64,000 bases of DNA from assembly GCA_012295275.1 (NCBI GenBank), contig CM022666.1, positions 4,526,001-4,590,000 of the forward strand, read 5' to 3'. The stretch comes from Chrysomallon squamiferum. Its lineage: Eukaryota > Animalia > Mollusca. The position numbers were made by a program, and so were the translations under genes. Positions 1 to 15,135 of the stretch are shown here, piece after piece (the first letter of the stretch is position 1; each line of letters starts with the position of its first letter). Under the pieces are notes generated by a model that did no database searches, was not told the origin of the DNA, and saw nothing but the letters and a program-made list of their open reading frames with translations.

Positions 1-380
<380 letters not shown>

Positions 381-1136
381 GTGTGTTACATTATCATCAC
401 AGAAAAAAAAAATAAACGTGGATTTGACAGTTAACATATGCTAACATTAAAAACACTGATCTATTCTTAACATTCTTAATATTGTGTTTCAAACGTAATC
501 AAACATTTTCTTAACTCACTCGGAAAAAAAATAAAAAGACAAAAAAAAAAATTTCAGGCAGTTATACTCATACACATGTGTGACCTTACAGATAATATCA
601 CACAGCAAGAAAGATCGACCACTTTCACATCCAGACCACTGGTCAAACATTTGCCAAATACTTACTATAACTTACAATGGCTGGTGGATAAACTCACATC
701 TATCATTGTTCAAATATTGATGATATCTATCCAGTGGCCAATAAATATTTATTTTATCACACTCCACAATGTCAGAATTTCATTATCAGTGGAATATCTG
801 CTGGTTTTAACTCTTAACCCCTCTTTCCACTTTGGTTATCATTTCTGAGATGCCAGCAGTCATCCATGTTGAGACTAATCTATAGATATGCACATTGTCT
901 ATTCAGACTGGGTATAGAAAAACGGAGGGGGAAAAGCTAGGTATTTATGAAGATAAGAATACGTGGGTCATTTTGACTTGGGTTCTGTTGAAGAATTGTT
1001 CAAAGAGACTTGATGTGGGTTTGAATTTCATACAGTGTCAGGGTCTTCAGTAATTAAAAAATATTTTATTTCCTTTTTGTTTGATAAGGATAAGAGACTT
1101 TAAAACAGATTTAGAAAAGAGATGAAACACATGATA

Positions 1137-1140
<4 letters not shown>

Positions 1141-1200
<60 letters not shown>

Positions 1201-1306
1201 AGAATATCTGACTTAAAATATTGATACCATTAGTAAAGGCTTTCTTTAGTTTTGTCTTACTTTCTCATCTTCTGTCACTTTCTTTCTGTCTCTTGCTCTG
1301 CTCTCT

Positions 1307-1403
<97 letters not shown>

Positions 1404-1590
1404 AGAATATCTGACTTAAAATATTGATACCATTAGTAAAGGCTTTCTTTAGTTTTGTCTTACTTTCTCATCTTCTGTCAAAGAGAATATCTGACTTAAA
1501 ATATTGATACCATTAGTAAAGGCTTTCTTTAGTTTTGTCTTACTTTCTCATCTTCTGTCACTTTCTTTCTGTCTCTTGCTCTGCTCTCTC

Positions 1591-1650
<60 letters not shown>
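1141..1650. repeat. Near-identical tandem copies of an 80-110-bp unit interleaved with (CT)n
   Basis: AGAGAATATCTGACTTAAAATATTGATACCATTAGTAAAGG... at about 1199, 1402 and 1482. Confidence 0.85.
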
Positions 1651-1684
<34 letters not shown>

Positions 1685-3607
1685 TAAATCTAATCCTTTC
1701 TAGACGGTTTAAATATATCTTTTATGATATCACATAAAATCTTTTCATTCTTGTATTAAAAAAACAAACAAGAACTCTCATCAGAATTGAAATTTGTCAC
1801 AATCCTTTTTTATGATCTTATGATTTTATGATACAAAAACCTTACAAATCTGAGAAAACTATTTATAAATTTAAGACAACATTAAAAACAACTTACACAA
1901 TCTATGATCAATAACTCTGCACCCACTTGTGATATAAAACTACTCAACAGACATCAAAATTTTAGTTCTAGAATTAAAAAATATTTCTTTCCAAAAAAAG
2001 TTGTTATCATACATTAGCTTGGTTTATTGCCAAAAATAGAAAAAAAAAAAAAAAAAAAAAAAAAAAACAAAAAAAAAAAAAAAAAAAAAAAAATCATGAT
2101 TCAAACTCCAATGTATATTTAAGTTTTTAAAAAATTATAATATAGATTTCAAAGTGAAGTTTCCAAAAAAGCATGATACAAACTTCAAAACTTAATTAAT
2201 TTTTTAAAAATTAAATCATAGTCCTGTACTTCAATAAAAAAAAAAAAAAAAAAACCCATTATATTCTAGATTTTAATAGCCGAGTTAATTGTGGAAAAAT
2301 CATGATCCTGATTTCAAAGTTAGTTAGTATTTAAAAAAAAAAAAATTAATATGCAAACTTCAAGGTTAAATTTAAAGAAACATAATTTAGACTTCATGGT
2401 TTAGTTGGGTTCAGAAAAATTGTGATCATTATTTCAAAGTTTAGTTTCAGAAAATATCAATCCAAAACTGAAAGCTTAATTAGTTTTAAAAAATAATAAT
2501 AATAAAAAAAAAAAAAAAAAAAAATAAAATTATAATCCTGTTCTTCAAAGTTAAATATTATAAAATAAAATCAGGATCCAGACTTCACAATTCACTTAAT
2601 TGAAGAAAAATTATGATCGTGACTTCAAAGTTTAATTTTAGATTAGAAACTTGATCTAGCTTGATCCTGGTTATAAAATTTATTCAAGAGAAAAATAAAA
2701 AATAAAAAATAAAAATAATAATAATAATAATAAAATAATAAAAACGATGTATGTATTTTCAAAATTTAGTTTCAGAAACAAAATCGCAAATCCACTGTTG
2801 AAAGTTAACTTTGAGAAAGATCACAAAACCTGGCTTCAAAAGGTTATTAAGTTTGAGGAAAAAGTGCGATAACATTCATCATTCTTCTGAAGACTTAGCA
2901 ATGGTGTTAATCTGAATTTTCAAGTTGCCGCAGAAAACTTCTAAGTAGTATGAGCCAGACTTTTGAAAGTTGAAAACAAGAAGAAGGATTTCGCAAAACT
3001 GTGTTAGGAGTTGATAATTTTAGCATCAGGACATCAAATATTTGCTAGTTTCAAGGGACAGGCTCATAGAATGGATAAAATAAGTTGAAAAAGAAATCTC
3101 GTTCAGAAACCTTTCAGTTAATGTATTAAAGTGAATTATTTGTTAGAGAGTATTAAGTGGAGAAATGGCTGGCATCTGTCTATTAGTCAAGGAAAGGGAA
3201 ACTTTAATAAACTTTTTTGATTGGATTTAGAATTCTGTTGGTAAAGCTAAAGAGTAGAAGCAGTAATCTGTTTTGTTGGCTTCAGTTATACAAGAAAGTA
3301 AAATTAAAAAAAAAAAAAAAAAAAAAATTTGGTGTGATTTTCGAAATTTGCTGATTTTAGGAGAAAATGTCAAATAGGATGTTAATTTTCTGGGTTTCTG
3401 TATCACAGTTAAGGAAATTTTAAACTAAAGTGTTTTCAAATTGTAATTTAGATAAAATGAATTCCTAATGAAACTGTTTAGCAAATGAAAATTAAACTAC
3501 TGTATTATGTTAGAGTAAAATAATTGTGTTTATAATTATTGTAATTTTAACTGAATTGTATTTTTGTCTGTTTGATAGCTTCACATACTGGAATGTTATA
3601 TATTATT

Positions 3608-3686
<79 letters not shown>

Positions 3687-5807
3687 TTTCTTTTTCTCAG
3701 TTCTTTCAAATCTCTATTCTCTCTCTTTATATCTGTCTATGTACCTGTCATTTTTTCTGTCTATCTCTGTCTGTCTGTCTGTCTGCCTTTCTGTTTCTTT
3801 GGGTTTATTTTTTTGTACTCTCTGTAATCTATTTTCCCACTCCTTTTCTTCATTTTTCTTTTACTCTCTTTCATTGTTCTGTTATCTTTCATTCTCATTC
3901 TCCCTCCCTCCTCCCTCTCTTCCCCCCTCTCTCTATACCTCACTTTTGTTCTCTCAAGCTCTCAATCTTTTTCTCTCTTATTTTCCGATCTAATCCGAAA
4001 TTCTTACAAATAAATATAACCCTTGTTGTTAACAGACAAAAAACCAAAAAAACACCCAACAACATACAGTTGCTGAACCTCATATCCTTTCTCTTATCTA
4101 ATCTCAACAACAACAACAACAACAACAACAATAACAAAAAAAAGCACCTAATAACCCTCACACCATTAAAACAGCATTTAAATCCTGAAAATACAAAAGA
4201 AAAACTAATTCTTTACCTAATTTCCACCAGTTTTTCCCCAGTATTAAATGTTAACATCGCTGCCGGTGAGTATTGATTTAGTGCACAGCAACCCAGCCCA
4301 AAAGTGCTTCAGAACTGCAAAGTTTTCCTCACAAAGCACACACAGACACTTAAGTAATTTGCAAGCATGTTTTCAATGATCCAGATATCAAAAAAGAAAC
4401 TTGAAGAAGGCTCAGAGATGGATATTTATTAATGGCTGTAGGAGTGGTTATTTTTTTTTTTTTGTTTTTTTTAATTTCTTTCTTTAGAATCATTCCCAAA
4501 AAAAAAAAAAAAGATTCATTCCATATTCATGGTTGAGTAAACAACTAAATTTAAATGTTTAAATTTATATTCAAAAAGGAATAAACAGGAATTTTCACGG
4601 TTCAGTAAAGAGGTATATAAAATTAAATAAAAAATTAATTACTTTAGAAAAATTTTCTTTCTCATTATTTTTATTACTATTATTATTATTATTATTTTTA
4701 TTATTATTATTATTATTATCATATTATTATTATTAATATTATGATTTTTATTTTTATTTGTATTACTATTACTATTATTATTATTATTTCTCAATATAGC
4801 TAGTGTTCGATTATGTTCCAGTTCAGTCTATGAGCAGGTGCATATATAAATTACTTTCTGCTAATCTTGGATTTAAAATGTCTTGAATCATTATCAATCA
4901 AAATATTTTGTCCTACATAAGACTTTATAAAGATATTATTATTAAATGTTTGAATCCTAGCAAAAAATAATTTAAAAAATCTCATTGATTGGTCTTGATC
5001 CTGGAACCCACAGCAGCTGGGAACTGACAATTAAAAAGTTGTTCAGGTCTTGACAACAACATCATCATCATGTGTTATTACACAGGAGGCTGTAACAGAA
5101 TGGATTCAAGATATCTGGTAATTTTAGCACTTCACAGCTAATGAGACAGACATTTTTATTGTAATGATCTGTCTGTCTGTCTCTCTGTCTGTCTATCTGT
5201 CTGTCTGTCTGTCTCTGTCTCTCTCTCTCTCTCCCTCCCTCCCTCTCTCTCCCTCCCTCTCTCTCTCTCTCTCCCTCTCCCTCTCCTTCTCCTTCTCTCT
5301 CTATCTCTCTCTATCTAGATGTTCTTTCTGGGGGTTTTCTCTCTCAGTTTTTCATCTCTGTATGAATATATCTCTATCTCTTTATCTTTCTTTCTATCTT
5401 CTTCTCAGTCTCTTCATCTCTCTCTCTCTCTCTCTCTATGTATACATCAATCTTTCTCTCTTTCTCTACTTCTTTTTCTCTCTCACTTTGCCTGTCTCTT
5501 GTTCTCTTGTATCTTTCTGTATCTCTATTTCTATCTTTATCTCAGATACCTTTTGTTGCTTGTCTCTGTCTCTGTCCCTCTTTTTCTCTGTCTCTCACTC
5601 TCGCTCCTTTTTCAGTCACTTCTTTTCTTTTCTCTCTCTCACTCTCTCTTTCTTTCTTTCTCTCTGTCTCAAACACACACCAAAACACATTGCTTGCCAA
5701 TAACTGCCAAGATCATCTGCATCATAATCATAATTATTTATTACAGTAAAATTAACTGTCAAGAAAATAGCCAATTAGCCTGGAATCTGAAATATCCAGT
5801 AATCACT

Positions 5808-5833
5808 GGATGTATACACAACACACTGAACAA

Positions 5834-5869
<36 letters not shown>

Positions 5870-5917
5870 ATGTATACACAACACACTGAACAAAACATTC
5901 TCCTTTGTATAAAAACA

Positions 5918-5972
<55 letters not shown>

Positions 5973-6019
5973 CTCTCTCTGTGTGTGTGTCTCTCTCTCT
6001 CTGTGTGTGTGTCTCTCTC

Positions 6020-6052
<33 letters not shown>

Positions 6053-6187
6053 GTCTGTCTCTCTCTCTCTCTGGATGTATACACAACACACTGAACAAAA
6101 CATTCTCCTTTGTATAAAAACAGTTCTCTCTCTCTCTCTGTGTGTATACACAACACACTGAACAAAACATTCGCCTTTGTATAAAAA

Positions 6188-6227
<40 letters not shown>

Positions 6228-6255
6228 ATGTATACACAACACACTCTGCCTTTGT

Positions 6256-6335
<80 letters not shown>

Positions 6336-6382
6336 ATGTATACACAACACACTGAACAAAACATTCTCCTTTGTATATAAAC

Positions 6383-6442
<60 letters not shown>

Positions 6443-6631
6443 CTCTCTCTCTCTCTGTGTGTCTCTCTCTGTGTGTGTCTCTCTCTCTCTGTGTGTGTGT
6501 CTCTCTCTGTGTGTGTCTCTCTCTCTCTCTGTGTGTGTCTCTCTCTCTCTTTCTCTCTGTCTGTCTCTCTCTCTCTCTCTGGATGTATATACAACACACT
6601 GAACAAAACATTCTCCTTTGTATAAAAACAG

Positions 6632-6663
<32 letters not shown>

Positions 6664-6682
6664 GTGTGTGTGTCTCTCTCTC

Positions 6683-6733
<51 letters not shown>

Positions 6734-6742
6734 CTCTCTCTC

Positions 6743-6790
<48 letters not shown>
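5808..6790. repeat. Compound tandem repeat: ~50-bp core separated by variable (CT)n/(GT)n tracts
   Basis: GGATGTATACACAACACACTGAACAAAACATTCTCCTTTGTATAAAAACAG, full or partial, at about 5808, 5868, 6073, 6143, 6226, 6334 and 6581. Confidence 0.9.
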
Positions 6791-6795
<5 letters not shown>

Positions 6796-7812
6796 TATGT
6801 GAATACAAAAATACACTCTGGTATTTTACAAAAATATTCCCTTACATAACAGACTTTTCCATTTATATTATAAATATTCCTCAGTTATATAACTAATATT
6901 CCTAAGTGATATTATGTTCCCTAATGACAGTAAGTATTCCCCAATGTAACACATATTTCCCAGTAATATAACAAATATTCCCTGATTACATAACAAACAT
7001 TATCCAGTGAAATAACACAATATATATATACTGTTTATAATAAAATAATAATTACATATATAAATTTATCAGTTATAATAAAGGATAAAAATGAAAATGA
7101 TAAAAAAAAATAGAATTTTTATAAAATAATAATTAAATACTGTTAAAAATAGTGAATAAAAACAAACAATTTTACAAAAAAGCATCAATATAATATATTG
7201 TTTAATTACATGAAAATAAATAATTCTACAAAAACCTATCAACATGTCTATATAGATATAAATAAACTGTTGTTAAATAAAATCAAGATAAATCTTTTGG
7301 AAAATCTCATCCATATAATAGCTGCTAAGCCTGTGCTATTCAGCAAAGTATAAACACCATTAATATCTCTTTGTATGCAAACAGACGATGGCAAATTTAA
7401 TGAAAATGATATATTAGATTTGCTTAAATGTCAGACAGTTTGCATTAGACTGGTTTGATCTATGCAGCCAAATCATATGAAAGATAAACAAGAAAAGGGA
7501 ATAAAAAATTATTATTTAAAGTTATACTGAAAGCAAAATGCTGAATCTGTGCTAGAATGTGGTCCGGTGGTTAGAATGTTGTGATGAAAATCTACTTTAC
7601 TGTATCCTTACCCTGGGTTGGTTATTTGGTTTTCCAGTCTGCATGAATATAACTGGGTATGTAACTTATGATATCTGTTTATGGGAATGTATATAAGATG
7701 CATACCCAGATACATGCATGCATATATATATATATATACATCATTCACTTACACATTATATATTCAATTATAAACTAACAAACACACATAAATACATACA
7801 TACATACACACA

Positions 7813-7846
<34 letters not shown>

Positions 7847-7954
7847 CATACAGATATAAATATATACATATATTAATATAAAAATACACATACACATGCA
7901 CAAACACACATGCACACACACACACACGCACACACATGCACAAACACACACACA

Positions 7955-7994
<40 letters not shown>

Positions 7995-8775
7995 CGCACA
8001 AACATCTTTCTCCCAACCAGTAAACAAACTGGTCTGGATCTTGACCTTCACCTTTAGCTCAATATTTAGCATAAATTATGTTAATGATGTTTCGTTTGAT
8101 CACAGAGATATGGCCTTGCTACACTTCATGTGTGTAGCCATGTTTCTGTCCTTGTACAACTTATCTGACTATCTTCTCTCTTCCTGCAAATTGTTGTTCT
8201 CAGTATCTCCAGCATCAGAATCATGCCAAAAAAAACAACAACCACACACAACAAGATGACCACCAGTGTAAATAACACTCAACAGATCCCGCAAGGGGCA
8301 GATCCAAAATAAACAAAAGCAAGGGGTTCACTGCATGACTACTATTATCCTAAACATTAATTTATATTTTTAAGTGTTGTTGTTGTTGTTGCTGTTGTTG
8401 TTGTTGTTGTTTAGTATAATGATGAAAGTTAGTTGATGTTTAGCAGAAAGTTGTCTTAAATGTATACCTACTCATAGACATCAAAGAGTACATTATGTTC
8501 TTTGAAAGATGTTGGGCAGTTGTTAGATTGGGAAATATCTACATAAAAGCAGCATGAAGGCTAGATCTTGTGATGTAAAAATACACTGGGCTAGAACTGT
8601 TTTTTTTCTATCAGTATATATCTTGTAACATTAAAAATGATTAATGTTAGGCTAATGCAAACCAGATTATTTATTCATGTGTTGTAAAAAAAAAAATAAT
8701 AATAATAAATTATAATTATAATAATAATGTAATAACCATAATGATGAAGATCATGAAAAAGAAAATAAACATATA

Positions 8776-8828
<53 letters not shown>

Positions 8829-11119
8829 CATTAATTACAATAATAATGATGATGAAAATGATGATTATAATTACAATAATAAAATCCTGGATGGGCAAAC
8901 TTTCATAAAAAAAAACACACACAAAAAAAACACAACTAATGTGCATGTAATACACACATAAACTATTTTTGCAGAACTCAATCACATTAATAATGAAAAA
9001 AACAAAACCCAACAACAGAAAAATAATAATAAAAAAAAAAAGAAAGAAAATAAATTTCACTAGGCAATATTAAATAAAATGGATAGAGATATATTTCTGG
9101 CTTCCTTTCATCATAGATGCACTCAACCATATCTGACCTGGGTGCTGTATATATATCATATGTAAAGTATTTATCTAAATTTCATAATCTTAATTAATAT
9201 AACAAAATTAAAAAAAATATATCATTTCACTTGAGGATATAGAATTTCATGACAGTGGTTCACTTTTGTGCGATTTCCAACAGAGAATGGTTAAAGTATG
9301 CTTGCTATAGTCTTAATAAAATCTGACGTTAAAAAAAATATAATACTGATATTTGTTATTAATATTTTCTAAACAGTTCATGAATGTCTGCTGTAATGAA
9401 ATTGTATGTAAAGAATGTTTGGATATATTTACTAAATTTTGAAAATGGTTCTTGTATATTTGTTGTGGTTATAATGAAATCTGAAATAAAATAAAAAAAA
9501 ATTCTGAAATGGTCAGAGTATGCCTTTTATGGTCTTGATAAAAATTCTATGTAAAGAATATTTTGTTATATTTAATAAACTTGAAAAATTGTCCATGTAT
9601 GCCATTTATGGTTGGTCATAATGAAATCTGAAATCTGAAATATTATTTTTTATATTTAATAAACTTTGAACAAAATGTTCAACCTTGCCTTTTGTGGGAC
9701 ATAAAGAAAAGATTTTTTTTTTTTTTTTTTGGATAAAATAGTTTATATTTCAGTTAACTGTAAGAACTATTCTATTCATGATTGTTGTGGCAAAACTCAT
9801 TATTCAATGGAAGGCTTATATAAGGTGTTTAAAATAATTTTATATGTGTTGCCCTAGTCTGGGTTCTGTCTAAATTATGGTTATTATAGAGCTGTTCGTT
9901 TTAATAAAAACTAAAATGTCTGTCTGAATCAGCTGGGATCAGGCATTTATGAAAGTGTTTCAGTATTTGGAACATTTTAAAAAAAAAAAATATTTTAATT
10001 TTTTTTATCATCATCATTATTATTATCATTTATTTTTGTTCTTTTGCTTTTACCTTTTAATTAATAACAAAATATTTTTTTTTTTATAAAAGGTTTAATA
10101 TTTTAAAACTAAAAGAAATAATTTCAAAAAGATTCATCAGGATTTTAGAATTAAAATAAAAAAATCTTTTTTAATGACATATAAAAAAATGAAGAAATAT
10201 GCATTTAGTTAACTTTCTGTTTGTTTTTTTTAAAACAAAAAATTTATAAAAAAATTTCAAACTTTTACTGCAATTTAGAATCTATTAAAAAATTGTAAGC
10301 TCAGCTAACAATTATGAAAACATTTCCTAATCAAACATCCGTTCAAATAAAACCAAGTTTATAAATTAAAATAATTTCTGATTCAGTTTTCAATACATTT
10401 TTGCAGAAAAATCGAACTGTAGCAATTATAAATTTATATATAAAGAAAGTATATTTAATTTTAAAACCAATTTTAAAATATATTTTTCAAAAGAAGCTGG
10501 TTTCATTGCAATTTAGAATCACTTCTCATTATATACAGTTTTTAATAACTCACTGGTTTAATAGATTTTTAGAAAAGTTTAAAATAAAAATCATTCTTAT
10601 TATTTTTTTAAATAATTCTTCAAAATTTACATACTTTCCTACCAATTTTTTGTTTACTCAGAATTCTAAAATTATCATTTTCAGAAATCACTGATTCAAA
10701 AGAAATTTAGATTATATGTAAACTTTAAAATAAAAACAAATCTTCAAACTTTACCCTCTTTCCCACCAATTTAGATTCACTCAAGATTCTAAAATCAATT
10801 TTTTTAGAAAATCATTTTGGAACCTAACCTCTGTCAGTGGACTGTCTGTTTTAAATACTGATAAAACATTCTTTATCAGTTAACCTGGATTACAATACCA
10901 ACAAGGCAATCATCATCATTAATCAGGCTCACAGAAAACATGGACAACAGTTTAGAAGACATTTACAGAAATGAAAAGAAAAAAAAAAAGAAAAAGAAAA
11001 CAACCAACTTTTGACCCGACATGACAAACAAACAGTGATTGCTGTGTATATGTGTGTGTGTGTGTGCGATATCAGTTTGATATATCACAGTCACTCTCAA
11101 AGTGATCCCATTGAATGGA

Positions 11120-11245
11120 CTGTCTGATTGGAAGATAAGATCCTGGCTTTGATTGGCCGATAAGAACATTAGCCTTGATTGGTGAATAAGAACTTTTGCT
11201 CTGATTGGCCAATGAGAACTTTGGCTTTGATTGGCTGAGATAAAA
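11120..11245. repeat. 26-bp tandem repeat, 5 copies, each with a CCAAT box (ATTGG)
   Basis: ATTGG at 11127, 11152, 11178, 11204 and 11230; three copies are followed by GATAA. Confidence 0.75.
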
Positions 11246-11616
11246 GGAATGGAAACTCTTTCTAGAGAGGAAAACAAGAAAAGCTAATGAATGTTTCTTT
11301 GCTTTAATTGTCCACTAACAGAAAATTTGTAACTACAAATTTAACTGTCTACATTTATTGATAGCTTAAAAGTAATTTAACAGCCATCATGAAATTAAAA
11401 ATGAAAAAATCAGTTCATTATCCCTGTTTTTTCTTCTCATAATTTTTCTTACTTTGCGTTGTCCTACCTGAGGGAAGGTTGATATAAATGTGTTCTGTTT
11501 TGCTTGTGTAAGAAATGAAAGTAGCCCATTGCAACATGACAGCGAGGTTTCTCGTTTGATCTGTATGATGATGGTTAATCTTAAATATGAAACCAGAAAA
11601 TCACACATAAAAATAT

Positions 11617-11651
<35 letters not shown>

Positions 11652-12430
11652 TACACAAACACATGCATAACCACATACAAACACAAACTCGTGCATATAC
11701 ACACATTCTCTCATATTCACACATACAAAACGAAAATACGCACACACACACATGCACACACGCACTCTGCAACACACTCCATCCCCCCTTACCCCCCCAT
11801 GCACACATCACCCCCCCAGCTAGCTCCCCACCAGATTAATCTGTTATCGAACCCACTTCAGTAGACTACATAGGGAAAAAGCCACACACGGGCATTTAAA
11901 TTACCGACTGGCTTTCATTAATGTGCAGCTGGACGATTATTTTTTGTTATTATTTCACCGCAAATTGATGGCCAATTTCTAAATACAGTCCTACATCAAT
12001 TGGTGCTTTTTTGTGAGCTAATCTAAAACAGAGCTGACAAAACGGCCTTGATAAAGTGCAATTGCATTACTGTCATTATCGACAGATTCATACGTCGTGC
12101 GAAGGCGACGGAGCTACGTTTTGTAGAATGTCCAGTTCACCTGCTGCAGTTCACAGGATCAATCCCTGTCAGTGATATCGTTGACATTTTTTTGTTTTTT
12201 TTTTTCCAGTTATTGATCCATGGTGCTGAAAAAAACTATGGTGATGTTGTTGTTGTTGTTGTTTATTAATATAGTTGCAGTATTTTAAATTGTAGAAAAT
12301 TGTATCTAATTTATTTCTTTGATTTTGTTTTCAGAGGTGAAGAAAGATTTTCCATTTTCATCTCTTTTAACCTGTATTTTGTGAAAGGTAAGTTTTTGTT
12401 TAATGCTGTTTTTGTTTGTGGATGTGTGTG

Positions 12431-12507
<77 letters not shown>

Positions 12508-12845
12508 CTACATGTGTGTGTGTATGTGTGTCTGCCGAACAAACTAAATAAATAAATAAATAAATAAATAATGAATAAATAAACCACAAAGCCAGCAAAT
12601 TAAAAACAAATTACTTTCTCACTTTGATTACAATCATCAACAGGTGAGAAATCATTTTCACACACCTGTGTATACCTCTTACCTGTCTCAGGTAAATTAC
12701 TTGAATGTTGTGTATTGTTTCCTCACCTGTGGAAAAACACACACCTGTATTCATCCATCTGATTACCTGTATCAACCTGTACCCACCTGTACCCTTCTGA
12801 CTACCTGTCTCCTCATTCCAGGAATCAAATCATTATTTTGTCATG

Positions 12846-12916
<71 letters not shown>

Positions 12917-13164
12917 TTATTTTTATAATAATAGAGAGAGAAAAAAAAAATCTTTTTTTTCCTACTATACATTGTTGTTGTTGTTGTTGTTGATGATGTT
13001 GTTATTTCAATTTTTGCCATGTGTTTTCATTGTTGATGCATTGTTAGTGTTAATGGTATGGTAAATATATATTTTCTTAAAACAATGGGAAGAATGTAAT
13101 CTACAAGAGAATGACCAGATTTTCTAATAAAATCAATGGGTAAATTACTAAAACATATTTAAAA

Positions 13165-13282
<118 letters not shown>

Positions 13283-13308
13283 CTACACACACACACACAC
13301 ACACACAT

Positions 13309-13356
<48 letters not shown>

Positions 13357-14299
13357 ACACACACACACACACACACCTACATACAGATATACAAACACAC
13401 ACACACACACACACACATCACACACACACACACACAGACACACACATCTACACACAGACACACACACACAGACACACACACATACCTACATACAGACATA
13501 CACACACACACACACCTACACACACACACACACACCTACATACACACATACACACACACATACACACACACACACATACACACACACATACATACAGACA
13601 CACACACACACCTACATACAGACATACAAACACATATCTACACATACATACACATATAAACACACACACATACATATACAAACATGTATATATATATACA
13701 AATGAACATACATCCATATACATACACACATATAAACATCCAAATACATATAGTTATACCCACTCACGTAAACCTATATCTTCTTGTATCTTCCCTATCT
13801 AAAAATATTTTCACACTAAGAAATAGATACACATCAGTAGTAAAATAATCAAATGCACCAGTGATTGGAAATGAACCAACAACATAGCAGCCATAAGCAG
13901 AGTAAGTTTACACTTGAGTAAAGGTTGAGAAACATTCTCACATCAGTATCATCAGTATACTGCTACAAAATAATTATTACATCTATTTGTGAAAATGTGT
14001 TTTTTTTGTTTTTTCTTTCAAAAAAGTCCTCAGCCAAGACAAGTCTTAGTAAAAAGATGCCAAAATATAACCAAGGTGACCAAGGTTCAAGTTATAACAG
14101 TTTGGGTTCAAGTATGTTTGTCGTGTACACCAGTCTCTGATTGTTCACCTGTCTGTTGTCTGTAACAGATGCTGAGTTAAGTGATTTGTTTTTAATGTTT
14201 TTTTAATGTTGTTTTTTTTCTTCTTTTTTTCTATTATATTAACAGTGATACCAGTGAATGAAGAGTTTTAAAATGGTTGGAGTTGGTGTGTCCATCATA

Positions 14300-15135
14300 C
14301 AGAAAACATCATTCACAGAATCACTATACAGAATAATATTAATAGCATTACTGCATACAATTACACTGATAGCATCATTACATAGAATAACACTAATATA
14401 ATCACTGTATATAACATTCATAGAATTACTATGTATAATAATATTAATAGCATTACTGCACAGAATTACACTGATAGCATCAGTGTGTAGAATAACATTA
14501 ATATAATCACTGTAGAGAATAACACTAAAATAAACACTGTATATAACATTAATAGAATTACTATGTAGAATAATATTAATAGCATTACTTCAAACAATTA
14601 CACTGACAGCATCACTACATAGAATAACACTAATAGAATCTGTGTATAAAATAACATTAATATAATCACTGTATAGAATAACACTAATATAACTGTATAT
14701 AACATTAACAAAATTACTATGTAGAATAATATTAATAGCATTACTGGACAGAATTACACTGACAGCATCAATACATAGAATAACATTAATATAATCACTG
14801 TATAGAATAACACTAATATAATCACTGTATATAACATTAACAAAATTACTATGTAGAATAATATTAATAGCATTACTGCTCAGAATTACACTGATAGCAT
14901 CACTATGTAGAATAACACTATATGTAACGTTAATAGAATAACACAAATGAAATTAATGTACAGAATTACACTCACAGAATCAATTATAACATATTAAGAA
15001 TCAGTTATAACACTTTTAGAATCAGTTAATTAAAACTTTTAGAATCAGTTATAACACTTTTAGAATCAGTTATTTAAAACTTTTAGAATCAGTTATATAA
15101 CATTTTTAGAATCAGTTACACTTTTAGAATCAATT
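14300..15135. repeat. AT-rich minisatellite (~27-bp units) followed by a ~20-bp repeat
   Basis: TAGAATAACACTAATATAATCACTGTA-like units; TTTTAGAATCAGTTATAACAC units at about 14995-15135. Confidence 0.85.

Noticed and set aside
1900-2900. Highly degenerate AT-rich repeats (also ~9300-10800, 34930-35660, 37800-38330, 58380-58950)
   Set aside because: Old minisatellite-like tracts with no definable unit boundaries or functional signal
5808-6640. CRISPR-like repeat-spacer appearance
   Set aside because: Eukaryotic intron-containing context, spacers are simple repeats of irregular length, no cas genes
5759-6849. Long ORFs (235-349 aa) rich in ER/SL/HT
   Set aside because: Translations of (CT)n/(GT)n microsatellites, open in several frames on both strands
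12100-12180. tRNA-like sequence (A/B-box-like ...GGATCAATCCC...)
   Set aside because: Does not fold into a convincing cloverleaf; more likely a decayed SINE head
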